Positions 8,941 to 18,445 of a DNA stretch of 64,000 nt are shown piece by piece. Numbering within the stretch: the first letter of the stretch is position 1; each line of letters begins with the position of its first letter. The notes under the pieces were generated by a model. The model was given only the letters and a program-made list of their open reading frames with translations. It was not told where the DNA came from and did no database searches. Where the stretch lies: the NCBI GenBank assembly GCA_965200965.1, contig OZ241744.1, forward strand, positions 2,784,001 to 2,848,000. The letters run 5' to 3'. Made by a program: the position numbers and the translations under genes. Source of the DNA: an uncultured Candidatus Binatia bacterium. Lineage in GTDB: Bacteria > Desulfobacterota > Binatia > Bin18.

Positions 8941-11900
8941 TTAAACCAGAAGCTTCTCGATTATCTTGGCAATGTGCTCTGAATCCAAGCCACCGTCTGA
9001 ATTGTCGCAGGTCTCAATCAAGATGCCTGCCGGGTCGCCTCCGTCTTCGTGGGGGAGTATACCGGCGTTGATGTACTCGTTCCGTTTACGCTCCCAGCGG
9101 GCTCGGTATCCTGGATCAGCGAGCATTCCAAGGTGCTCCCAATAGAACGTTATCCCGCTTGCAGGATCGGCGATTGTGAAATCTGGATAGCGCTCTTTCC
9201 CATTGGGAAGGACGAGCCGCTTCTCGTATGCGTAGTCAATCCCGCGGGCGTGGAGTTTGTCGGCGATGACAAGCTCGGATTTGGATCTGACCAGTTCCCC
9301 GCGCTCGGTGCGGTGGATAAGGCTTTCTTCAAGAAACCGCGTTTCGTTGACTTTGCGGGGTCGCGGGTCCACAAACAGGTTCGTCATGCGCCGGGCGATC
9401 TCGGAGTACTCTTCACCGGCAAATCGCCGGAAGTCCGCGATCTGCCCTTGGTGGAGAATAACCAACCGCTTGCGATGCCTCGTTAGCGCCGTGTATAGCA
9501 GTTCGCGAGAAAGCAGCCAGCAGGGATTCGGCAGTACCACGAAGGTTATTCCGAACTCACTTCCCTGCGTCTTGTGTACCGTCAATGCATAAGCCAGTTC
9601 AAGCTGGTTCCTCGCCTCGTCGCCAAATTCTTGCTTGCTGAATCCGTACTTGATACCGAGTTGACCGGCAAATTCGACCTCTAATTTCTTGGGAGAACCC
9701 CGTAAATTTTTGTGCTTGTATTGGCCGACAACAATGCCGATGTCTCCGTTGGCAATGTACGCTTCGTCCTCTGGAACCCGAGGGTATACGTCGTGACGGT
9801 GCTGATTGACAATGTTGATTACTTTGTCTCCGTACAAAAGCCCCTGTGGGCCGAAAGGCTGGGGAACTTTTCTATTCCGTCCCACTTTCTCCGCGACCTC
9901 GCGCCAGTGTCTGCGGAACCGTTCCTGAACAGCCCGGTTGAGGGCATCCACTCCCTCAAGACCAGCTCTGACGGGCGACAGAATTTGCCAATCCTCAACC
10001 TTCCGCGCTGCTCCCGGTTTGTTATTGTATTTGTTCCAGAAGAACGCCCGGTCAAGGTCTTTGAACGGAGAACCGCCCAACGATATCTCGAAACCCAGCT
10101 CGTCGTCAGATTCTTTCAGATCAAGCCCAGCAACTAACTCTTCAATCATCTTCTGCTGGAGGTCCCGCGTATCGCTCCACTGGACCACTCGAAGACGCTG
10201 ATTGCCTCCGGCTGCGATAGTGTCCCACACTTGATCGGCGTCCGGGGCCAGCGGGTGACCGTTGAAATGGGAGGCGAGCAATACATCGTCCGCGCGTTCT
10301 CCAGCAGTCTGCCGGCGAGGCACTGTGAGCTCAGCGTAGCATCGGGCACAGCGCGGAAAGGAGGCCTCAATATTTTCTGGCGCTAACTTTTTGACGATAT
10401 CAACGAACGGACGACCGGCACCGATGGGCGGAAGCTGCCTGGGGTCGCCGACCAATATGTAGCGTTCAACGTTCGTGCAGGCGTCGAACAGGGCCGCGAG
10501 TTGGTCTTCGGTGAGCATTGAGCATTCGTCAACGATTACGGTGCAAAAGGTATCGCACCGCGGCGCGGCTTGGTTGGGAAAGTAAGCCCCGGTCTCTCTG
10601 TCGTAGCGTTGGTATCGACTCAGAAACTGCGCCAGCGTCCGCCCCTTCCCGCGTTGTCCTGTCTGCTCTTCCAGACGGACACGGGCCTTTCCGGTCGGCG
10701 CGAGCAAGAGAATGTCCTTTTGCTGAATATCGGGCAGGCGGCAAACCATCTTGAGCAGTGTAGTCTTGCCAGTTCCAGCGGGTCCGATGAGCACGGAAAG
10801 TCGTGACCGACACAATTGTTCAATGGCGGCCGCTTTTTCCGAACGCGCCCGGTCTTCAAGCGCCCGGTCTTCAAGCGCCCGGTCTTCAAGCGCCCGGTCT
10901 ACCAACTCACGCCAATCGTAGGATGCCCGATGGGGCTTGCCCTTTTGCCTCCTCTCAACCTCTCGGCGGATAATTTTTCGGCAGTCTGCCAGCCGATCAG
11001 TCTGGTAGGCAGGCTCACCCGTTCCCGTATCTACCCGCTGTACGACCTGCTCGAAAGAAGGTTCGGTGGCAGCGAGCACATCTTCGCCAAGCGGGCATGG
11101 CGGTTGTAGTGCCCGGTCCCGAGCGTGTTGGATGAGCAGGTTTTGAGGCAATAGCGTATGTCCCTGCGCGGCAGCTTCTTCCAGCAGTTCCACTACTCGC
11201 GCCCGTACCCGGCGCGGGTCCGATGGATCATCGACGCAGCTAGGCTTTGGGATAGGGAATTGGGTGCGGATTGCCTCGTCAGGAAACAGCCCGCGATCCA
11301 CGACGCCAAATGCGATTGGGATGACACTCCGGCGATCCTGTTCAAAGAGGAGATAGGGATTGGCCAGAAGATCATCGTCGCTTGCCTCAATGCCGGCTCT
11401 CTGCCGCTCCGTTTTGTCATAAATTCGAAGCGCTTGTTTTTCGTCTATCGCGCAGCGACTGAGCAATTGAAGCAAAGCCCGCCGCTTCTTACTCAGGCGG
11501 CTCCACCCATTGCACAAACTCGGCTTGATGAATTGTCGGGCGGGTCCCTCAAGGCGTTGCGGATCTCGCATTACCTTATCAAGAAGGTCCCAGGAGTTGG
11601 GATTGCCGGAACGCTCTCGTTCACGTTCAATCTCGTAGGCGAGCAAGGTTCCGTGCTGAAAGCCCCACTCATATCCGAATGCCGAGAGCGCTGAGCCAAG
11701 CCCGGGGAAGGCTCCCCGGGCCTGCCATAGCCTGTTGAGTTGCGTGTCAATCCAACTCAAGCATGCTTCCCACGGCCCCTCAATTCGCATCCGGATACGC
11801 TCCAGGGTGGCGGAACAGGCAATGAGCGATGCAACTGCGCCGTCATGCGTCAGGAGTTCTGAACCGTAGGAGTATTCGTTAAAATACTCGTCCGGCGCAA

Positions 11901-12726
11901 AGGCGACGAATTCTTCTGGATTGGCGAGCTTACCACGCGCGACGAGTTCCATGATTGCCTGATACGGAAAGAGAAACCCGTCCTTAAAATTGGGATGGCG
12001 GATAGAGTGGCCGATATTGCGTTCCCACAACATTGACCGTAGCTGTGGATTGCCCATATGATACTTGTACTCCGTTGCCTGTCCGACCGAGAGTACGCGC
12101 CCGACACCAATAATCACACGCCGGGCTTGCTCCGAAAGTGGTGTGCGCTTGGCATAGAAGAAGCACAGCGACTCTTTGGGATGCAATGCGCCATAAAAGG
12201 TGTCCAGGAGGGCAAGTTGATTGTCACGATTCTGCGCCCACCTTGTTTTGAATCCAAGCTCCGGCTCATCTTCGGGAGCCCAATCGATTTGCAGTCGTTC
12301 CGCGAGGCCCTGCTCATCCTGCTTACCCTCAATATTCTCGCGCAGCATCCAGCGGAAGGGTATGCAGGCTGCTGAGTAAGGCGGTTGGACATAGGGCGTT
12401 GTCGCAAAGTGGCTGTAGGTGTCTTGGCTGGTCTTGGTATAAGGATGTTGCTTCCTGTGGGTCATCTCGAACGGAGCCATGAACGCCACCCGCTCGTTGA
12501 CGCACGGCGGTGTGTCCTCTTCGGGTAGCTGATCAAACCGTTCTCCGGTACACCGCGCTTCGACCTCATCGCGCTTTCCCTTGCCGATGTATGGCAGGAT
12601 CAGGCAACTCGTATTTTCCTGCGGACGGGTGCAAACTTTCCCCGCCCAACCACTATCGTGCCAGGGTACTCGGATGGTGATGTGATGAGGCGGCAGCAAA
12701 CGCGCGCCTGGGGCAAGACTTGTCAT
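8941..12726 (-). CDS. Large RecD-like SF1 helicase with N-terminal Cys/His region and C-terminal PD-(D/E)XK-like nuclease domain
   Basis: GPAGTGKT, LLAPTGKA, VDECSM, GDPRQLPPIGAG, AYALTVHKTQGSEF and LLYTALTR; C-terminal RSKSE..IA...YE...YPDFTI...WEHLGM. Confidence 0.88.
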   Translation of the reverse strand: MTSLAPGARLLPPHHITIRVPWHDSGWAGKVCTRPQENTSCLILPYIGKGKRDEVEARCTGERFDQLPEEDTPPCVNERVAFMAPFEMTHRKQHPYTKTSQDTYSHFATTPYVQPPYSAACIPFRWMLRENIEGKQDEQGLAERLQIDWAPEDEPELGFKTRWAQNRDNQLALLDTFYGALHPKESLCFFYAKRTPLSEQARRVIIGVGRVLSVGQATEYKYHMGNPQLRSMLWERNIGHSIRHPNFKDGFLFPYQAIMELVARGKLANPEEFVAFAPDEYFNEYSYGSELLTHDGAVASLIACSATLERIRMRIEGPWEACLSWIDTQLNRLWQARGAFPGLGSALSAFGYEWGFQHGTLLAYEIERERERSGNPNSWDLLDKVMRDPQRLEGPARQFIKPSLCNGWSRLSKKRRALLQLLSRCAIDEKQALRIYDKTERQRAGIEASDDDLLANPYLLFEQDRRSVIPIAFGVVDRGLFPDEAIRTQFPIPKPSCVDDPSDPRRVRARVVELLEEAAAQGHTLLPQNLLIQHARDRALQPPCPLGEDVLAATEPSFEQVVQRVDTGTGEPAYQTDRLADCRKIIRREVERRQKGKPHRASYDWRELVDRALEDRALEDRALEDRARSEKAAAIEQLCRSRLSVLIGPAGTGKTTLLKMVCRLPDIQQKDILLLAPTGKARVRLEEQTGQRGKGRTLAQFLSRYQRYDRETGAYFPNQAAPRCDTFCTVIVDECSMLTEDQLAALFDACTNVERYILVGDPRQLPPIGAGRPFVDIVKKLAPENIEASFPRCARCYAELTVPRRQTAGERADDVLLASHFNGHPLAPDADQVWDTIAAGGNQRLRVVQWSDTRDLQQKMIEELVAGLDLKESDDELGFEISLGGSPFKDLDRAFFWNKYNNKPGAARKVEDWQILSPVRAGLEGVDALNRAVQERFRRHWREVAEKVGRNRKVPQPFGPQGLLYGDKVINIVNQHRHDVYPRVPEDEAYIANGDIGIVVGQYKHKNLRGSPKKLEVEFAGQLGIKYGFSKQEFGDEARNQLELAYALTVHKTQGSEFGITFVVLPNPCWLLSRELLYTALTRHRKRLVILHQGQIADFRRFAGEEYSEIARRMTNLFVDPRPRKVNETRFLEESLIHRTERGELVRSKSELVIADKLHARGIDYAYEKRLVLPNGKERYPDFTIADPASGITFYWEHLGMLADPGYRARWERKRNEYINAGILPHEDGGDPAGILIETCDNSDGGLDSEHIAKIIEKLLV
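10845..10900. repeat. 15-bp coding tandem repeat, ~3.7 copies (RALED peptide repeat)
   Basis: GCGCCCGGTCTTCAA x3 plus an 11-nt partial copy, all identical. Confidence 0.95.
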
Positions 12727-12863
12727 CTTCTATTCACTCTCTATCTGTCCTCTTAACCTACAGCCAATTTGACATTCTGTCAACGAGAATACGCCCACCC
12801 TGTTCGGCTGGACAACACCGGCTCATGTATGCCATGTAGGGAGAGTGTGGAAGGAGGACAGCC

Positions 12864-14381
12864 ATGACACTCCGCAAGCCAACCGGGGATGAGTTGCAAC
12901 GCTTGGCCGAGGCGCACTATTTTGAACTGAGCGACGATGAGCTTGAGGCGGTCCAGGCGATGCTGCCGGCCATGTTCGCGTCTCTGGACGAGTTGGACCA
13001 GAAGCCGTCCACCCTGCCACCGATCGTCTACCGGGACCGTGATCGCGGGGCGCGGCCAAGTCGGCAGGACGACCCGCTGAACGCCATTGTGCGGCGCTGT
13101 TCGGTCAAGGGCGCGGCCTCGGGCAAGCTGGCCGGCAAACGGCTGGGCATCAAAGACAATGTGTGCATTGCCGGGCTGCCCATGACCTGCGCCTCGCTGG
13201 TCCTTGACGGCTATGTACCCGATATCGACGCCACGATCATCACCCGGATTCTGGAGGCCGGGGGGGAGGTGACGGCTGTCCTCAACATGGACAACTTCGC
13301 GTTCTCGGGCGGCGGTCATACCAGCGCTTACGGCCCCACCTGCAACCCGCATAATCCTGCGCATAGCGCCGGCGGGTCTTCGGGAGGCTCCGGGGCCGCC
13401 CTGTCCTACGCTGATATCGACATGACCATCGGCGGCGACCAGGGCGGTTCCATACGCATCCCCGCTTCGTGGTGCGGGGTGGTGGGGCATAAGCCGACCC
13501 ATAGCCTCGTCCCCTACACCGGGATTGTCGGCATTGACGCCACCTTTGACCATGCCGGGCCGATGGCCAACACCGTGGCCGACGCCGCCCTGCTGTTGGA
13601 GGTTATTGCCGGCAAGGACCCGCTGGACCCACGCCAGTACGATGTGCCGGTCCAGTCCTACACCCAGGAGTTGGACAAGGATATCCGCGGCCTGCGTCTG
13701 GGCGTGGTGCGCGAGGGATTTGGCACGCCGGTGTCCCAGCCGGGGGTTGATGACAAAGTCCGCGAGGCGATAGCCGCCCTCGGTGAGCTGGGGGCGGAGG
13801 CGCACGAGGTCTCCATTCCGGCCCACCTGGAGGCCGGGGGTATTACCTGGGCGCTGCTTGCCGAGGGCATGGCGGCCCTGGTGTATGGCAATGGTGTCGG
13901 CCACCATTGGAAGGGCCTCTACAACGAGGGATTTGCCAATACGCTCGGCAAATCCCTCCAGGCTCAGGCCCGGGACTTGCCCATCCAGGTGAAGCTGGTG
14001 GTGCTCCTCGGCTCGTATCTGAACACCGCCTATCACGGGCGTCTGTACGCCAAGGCCCAGAACCAGCGCCGGGCGCTCCGGGCGGCCTACGATGCCGTGC
14101 TGGAGCGGTGTGACGTGCTGGTGATGCCCACCACGCCGATGCTTGCCCAGCGGCATGAGCCGCACCAGTCGGCACGGCAGAACCTGAACTTTGGCTGGAC
14201 CATGCTGGCCAATACCGCGCCGTTTGACATGACCGGCCACCCCTCGCTGAGCCTGCCGTGTGGCAAGTCCGAGGGCCTGCCGGTCGGCCTGATGCTGACC
14301 GGGCGGCATTTTGAGGACGGGCTGCTGCTCCGCGTTGGCCATGCGTTTGAGCGACAGATGGCCTGGGAAGCGCGCTCGTAG
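12864..14381 (+). CDS. Amidase signature family amidase
   Basis: IKDN, GGSSGGSG and GGDQGGSIRIPASWCG..GHKPT motifs; AAGGAGG RBS. Confidence 0.95.
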   Translation: MTLRKPTGDELQRLAEAHYFELSDDELEAVQAMLPAMFASLDELDQKPSTLPPIVYRDRDRGARPSRQDDPLNAIVRRCSVKGAASGKLAGKRLGIKDNVCIAGLPMTCASLVLDGYVPDIDATIITRILEAGGEVTAVLNMDNFAFSGGGHTSAYGPTCNPHNPAHSAGGSSGGSGAALSYADIDMTIGGDQGGSIRIPASWCGVVGHKPTHSLVPYTGIVGIDATFDHAGPMANTVADAALLLEVIAGKDPLDPRQYDVPVQSYTQELDKDIRGLRLGVVREGFGTPVSQPGVDDKVREAIAALGELGAEAHEVSIPAHLEAGGITWALLAEGMAALVYGNGVGHHWKGLYNEGFANTLGKSLQAQARDLPIQVKLVVLLGSYLNTAYHGRLYAKAQNQRRALRAAYDAVLERCDVLVMPTTPMLAQRHEPHQSARQNLNFGWTMLANTAPFDMTGHPSLSLPCGKSEGLPVGLMLTGRHFEDGLLLRVGHAFERQMAWEARS

Positions 14382-14400
14382 CGATACTGGCCCGCCGCTG

Positions 14401-16575
14401 TCAGTCCCAGAGCGACGGGTCTGAGCCGCAGCCGCTCCCTTCAAGGGACTGCTCCAGTGCTTCAACGAGCCGCATCTGATCCGGCTCTGTGGCGGCAGAG
14501 AACACCGCACCTTGTGTCGAAATCACCTGCTTGACATAGCTATCGAGACGCTGCTCCAACTCGCCAAGAACCCTCTCCTCTTGACAAGTCTCCCTCATGG
14601 TATGGATTTCGCACAGAAAGCAGCCCATCAGAATGACTTTCGCGTCACTGAGGGACACCTTGATCCCGGCTGATTTCAGCCGCGCGACCTGTTCTCTTGC
14701 CGTGTCAAGCGCAGACCGATGCCGTGTGCTGACTTGGCCCTGCGCCTTACGGCAGACCAGAATGAGATCAAACTGAATTGGCGAGTGCGCCTGTTGCAGA
14801 GGCACAGACACCGACATTTCGGCCTTGATCGGGTAGGCCCGGGTACAGAACAACCCGGCCTGTCTGATCGCCCGATGGACACAGGTCCAGCCCTCGTGTC
14901 GGGCGTGGTGATAGGTGAAGATACATAGACCGGCGTCACTGAGGACCCGGCTGCATTCGGCAAAAACCGCGCTGAGCTTTGCCGTAAAGCGGGCAGGGTC
15001 AGTGTCCTGTACCTCGCTGGCTCTTCTCGTGGTCAGGGTAGAGGAAAATTCGAGCGCCTGATTGAGCCAGTAGTAAAAGAAGTCGGCAAGCTGCGAGTAA
15101 TGCACATTGTCAAAAAAAGGCGGGTCGGTCACAATGACATCAACGCTTTTGTCGGGGAGATCAACGCGACTGGAATCTCCGCAGGCGAGGTAGAGTGTCT
15201 TTGGCTGCGAGGCGAATTGGGCCGAACTGTCTGCTATCGGGGCCGAGCCGGGCCGATTGATCCCGCCGACCTTGCTGCTCTTTGCGGCTCGAATCAGGAG
15301 TTCGGACGGATCAGCCTTATAGGTCAGCGCCCGCTCAACGCGCGAACGAAACAGGCCCGAAAATGCCCCCGAAGACTTGCTCGTTCCCCACAGATTGGCT
15401 TCAATCGGCATCATCTCCGGCTTCAGGACATGGTGAGAAAACATATGTCGTACGGCTCCTGTCCCTTCTCCCTTGAATGACGCGAACAGGTTGTTGAACT
15501 CCAAGGTTCCAGAGAAGAGACAGGCAAACAGGCGTTTCAGGTCCGCACCTTCGATGCTCTTGGTTGCCTCCAGAAGATGCTTGATGCAGACGAGTTGTCT
15601 GTCGGAGAAGAGCTCGTGCCAATACCGATAGTTGTGGTTGAGGAGTTGGTCTGTATTGTAGCCGGGTACGATAGCCGCGAGCGGAAAACTGTCTGAGACT
15701 GCGGCGTACTCTTTGGCGACACGACCTTCAAGGGCCGTGTCAGATCCATTCATCGGCTCGTACAGCTTCTGCCCGTCTGCTGTCAGCAGCAGCTTGGCAT
15801 AGCGCCGAACGGGCAAGGGCCCTTCAAGGGTTTTCATCCTGTCAGTGAGGCGGAAGGTATGCCGGCAGCCGTCGCACCGGACATGCGCGCCGCGTCTATT
15901 TCCCTGCTGGGGGTTGTAGACAAACGAACATACCGGGCAGCGGACACAATCGGCGTTGTAGACGGTCACATTGACCGCGCCACAGGCCGGGCAGAGCGCG
16001 CGGGCAGTTGGGTCTTTTCTGGCAACGGCGTTCTTGGAGAACACCCGCGTCTTGAAAAGGTCAATCGCTTGCTCGCATTTCGGACAAGAGACCACTTTGA
16101 CCAGGAAATAGTACAACACGGTCGCGTCCTGTCCCGTGCTGGTTCGGGTCTGGAAGTAGCTGAGGAGTTTCGGGGCCAGGCTTCGCTCTACACGCCGGTA
16201 GGTGGAGAGCACTTCAGGGACCGAGTATTCGGAGAACGCCGCCCGGCAGGCGATGTAGGCAACTGGATTGATGTCGCGGCCGGCGACCTTGCAGCCGAGC
16301 TTGAGCGCTTCGCCAACCGCAACCCCACTGCCCATGAAGGGGTCAAAGACGACGGTGTTCGCAAAGCTGTTCCTGGTGTAGAAACGCTCCCAGAAATCGT
16401 CGTCATCCTCTAAACACGCCCCTAGGATGATGCCCCGGAAAACCGAGCCTAACCTCCGCGCCCACCACTTGTGGAGATAGTAGAGCGGCCGGTAGACCTC
16501 CTTGCGCCAGGATTCCCGCTCGGCCACGAGCGAGAGTTCGGCAAAAGGAAAGTCTTGCTCTATGAGTTTTGGCAC
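14401..16575 (-). CDS. Amino-DNA methyltransferase with Zn-ribbon insert (DUF1156-like)
   Basis: HKWWARRLGSVFR, DPFMGSG (SAM binding), several CxxC pairs and the catalytic TDPPF motif. Confidence 0.88.
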   Translation of the reverse strand: MPKLIEQDFPFAELSLVAERESWRKEVYRPLYYLHKWWARRLGSVFRGIILGACLEDDDDFWERFYTRNSFANTVVFDPFMGSGVAVGEALKLGCKVAGRDINPVAYIACRAAFSEYSVPEVLSTYRRVERSLAPKLLSYFQTRTSTGQDATVLYYFLVKVVSCPKCEQAIDLFKTRVFSKNAVARKDPTARALCPACGAVNVTVYNADCVRCPVCSFVYNPQQGNRRGAHVRCDGCRHTFRLTDRMKTLEGPLPVRRYAKLLLTADGQKLYEPMNGSDTALEGRVAKEYAAVSDSFPLAAIVPGYNTDQLLNHNYRYWHELFSDRQLVCIKHLLEATKSIEGADLKRLFACLFSGTLEFNNLFASFKGEGTGAVRHMFSHHVLKPEMMPIEANLWGTSKSSGAFSGLFRSRVERALTYKADPSELLIRAAKSSKVGGINRPGSAPIADSSAQFASQPKTLYLACGDSSRVDLPDKSVDVIVTDPPFFDNVHYSQLADFFYYWLNQALEFSSTLTTRRASEVQDTDPARFTAKLSAVFAECSRVLSDAGLCIFTYHHARHEGWTCVHRAIRQAGLFCTRAYPIKAEMSVSVPLQQAHSPIQFDLILVCRKAQGQVSTRHRSALDTAREQVARLKSAGIKVSLSDAKVILMGCFLCEIHTMRETCQEERVLGELEQRLDSYVKQVISTQGAVFSAATEPDQMRLVEALEQSLEGSGCGSDPSLWD

Positions 16576-16580
16576 TGGCG

Positions 16581-17420
16581 TTATTCCGACAGCTGGGGCA
16601 TGGACGCCGTGCGGTCCTTTGGCCGTCGTGACTTGCAGGCGCGAAAGATGTCCTGTCGAACTGGCAGTTGGTCGAGATGCAGGGAATGTCCGGTTGAGTT
16701 GTCGATCACGGCGTAGAGGAAAGAGTTCTGGTACTTGTCGTCTCTGATAATGAGGTCGGTGCAGTTTGCCTTATGCGTGGCGAGATAGGACAAATCGTGC
16801 TGTTTGATGACAAGGATGTGACGAAGATGAAAGAAGCGTAGTTTGTAATTCAGTGGATTTGGATAGGTGTACATTCGTCGATGCCGGACTGAGCCTTCTC
16901 CGTATGGGCCATGATCGTACTCGCTTTGATTGGCGTGCTTCGCATCCTTGTGCAGAGCAAAGTCATAATTGAGGAAATCACCGTCCATCAGAATTGACGT
17001 GACCATTGAGGAACTGTCGTTGCTCAGCAAGGCAAAGAGATAGAAGCAGGGGACCTCCACGGTGTCTTGTCCAACCTTGACCAGCGCCTTCCCACAAGGA
17101 AGACAGCTATTGTAATCGATCGTCAGGCCCCTTGGGTCTTTCCCATTAGTCTGCTGAATCAGCTTTTTTACCTCAAGGCCGAGAATTGAGTTGCTCGGCT
17201 TATGTCGCAGCACGATATCGGGCGTTATCAGCTTTCCAGCGTGAACCACTTCGACATTGGGAAGCGCCTGCCTGATCTCGTTGCCTAGCCAGAAATCGAA
17301 TGGATCGTCTTGAACTGTGCCAATCAGCGACGGAGCCCGCAGAGCAACGGGAATGACACCTTGCTGTATCTTCGCAGACAACTCCGCATATATCCTTTCA
17401 ACGAGTTGTATAGGATTCAT
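16581..17420 (-). CDS. Putative restriction endonuclease (PD-(D/E)XK)
   Basis: TPDIVL...GLEVKKL motif; 5 bp upstream of the methyltransferase; lower GC. Start chosen at MNPIQL. Confidence 0.65.
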   Translation of the reverse strand: MNPIQLVERIYAELSAKIQQGVIPVALRAPSLIGTVQDDPFDFWLGNEIRQALPNVEVVHAGKLITPDIVLRHKPSNSILGLEVKKLIQQTNGKDPRGLTIDYNSCLPCGKALVKVGQDTVEVPCFYLFALLSNDSSSMVTSILMDGDFLNYDFALHKDAKHANQSEYDHGPYGEGSVRHRRMYTYPNPLNYKLRFFHLRHILVIKQHDLSYLATHKANCTDLIIRDDKYQNSFLYAVIDNSTGHSLHLDQLPVRQDIFRACKSRRPKDRTASMPQLSE

Positions 17421-17461
17421 CAGAACTACGAGAGAAACGTTTGCCGCGACCCCTAATTCCT

Positions 17462-17812
17462 TTACCGAAGAGAATAAGTGCGTCCCTCTTGAGCTTGAGT
17501 CGTGATCCAATCACGGGGATCGTCCCACATAACCGTCCACATAATTTCGCCGAATAAGGAACCACCCGTCTTCGGAAAATGTGTCTTCCAGTCAGTCTGA
17601 CGATGCCAGGAGCTTAGGATTTGCCTTCCCAGCCGACTTGAATTCAGGCTTTTCTCCCCCCGATTCAATTCGCTCTCCACGGCCCTGACAATGGTACCGT
17701 ACATAGCATCACAAAGATCAGGGACATCACACTTTGCCTGACGATATAATTTCCAATGGGAGCCTGAACCTGTCCGGTTTGCCGGTGTCGGAGAATCGTT
17801 GTAGTAAAGCGT
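17462..17812 (-). CDS. Hypothetical protein with an ACG (mutated or non-canonical) start; first ATG at 17704
   Basis: AAGGAGG-aaacc-ACG is in frame and stop-free to ATG 17704; co-oriented with the nuclease/MTase genes. Confidence 0.4.
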   Translation of the reverse strand, partial: TLYYNDSPTPANRTGSGSHWKLYRQAKCDVPDLCDAMYGTIVRAVESELNRGEKSLNSSRLGRQILSSWHRQTDWKTHFPKTGGSLFGEIMWTVMWDDPRDWITTQAQEGRTYSLR

Positions 17813-17885
17813 GGTTTCCTCCTTTTTCTTCTCTCCCGCCCATCGGGCAGGAGAGATTTCGATGTGGACGACAGGCCGGAGGCGG

Positions 17886-18431
17886 CTAGGCGGCCTGCTG
17901 CTGTCTGTCTCTCAGCAGCTTGGCGATGATCTGGTCAATGACCTGATCGGCCAGGGCGCGGACCTCGTCCTGGGTTTTGGGCTGGATGGGGTGTGTGACC
18001 AGGATCGGCTCGTAGTCCGGCAGACCCAGAGCGGTGCATTGGGCGTGGGCCGCGCCGATGAACTCGGTCGTGGTCACGTTGGCGGTTGGAATGCCCTGTT
18101 CTTCAAAAAAGATGACATCGTGCGAACTGCACGAAATACAGGCCCCTCAATCGCTGAGGGCTTCAATAACGGCGTCGCACTTCTGGCTGAGTTCGGCCTT
18201 CAGCGGCTCGGGCGCGGTGCGGGCGACCGTCGGTTTCATGCGGCGCAGGACATCCTTGACGCCGTACTGCTCGCGCAGCACTTCTTCCACCCGGTCGAGG
18301 AAGAACGCGCCTTTGGCCTTGCTGATGTCAAGCAGGCCCACAGTCTTGCCGGCCAGGGTCTCCAGTCGGGGGGCGAAGGCTTTGCGCTCGCGCTCTACGA
18401 CATCCGTCGGGTCAAGTAAAATATCTCCCAT
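17886..18431 (-). CDS. UGSC-family selenoprotein (UxxC motif), TGA at 18147-18149 read as Sec
   Basis: Two ORF-track pieces are in one frame: ...DAVIEALSD-U-GACISCSSHD...EEQGIPT...HPI (181 aa). Hairpin TCGTGC-AGTTC-GCACGA starts 12 nt after the UGA. Confidence 0.85.
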
Positions 18432-18445
18432 TGAACACCTCCTTC

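Noticed and set aside
12780-14510. 576-aa minus-strand ORF
   Set aside because: Antisense shadow of the amidase, with no motifs; typical of high-GC DNA.
17830-17856. Hairpin TCTCCCGCCC-ATC-GGGCAGGAGA as terminator of the selenoprotein operon
   Set aside because: On the minus strand it is followed by an A-rich rather than U-rich tract, so its role is unclear.
17886-18431. Two separate small genes, or a nonsense pseudogene
   Set aside because: Same frame, UxxC context and a downstream hairpin favour selenocysteine readthrough.
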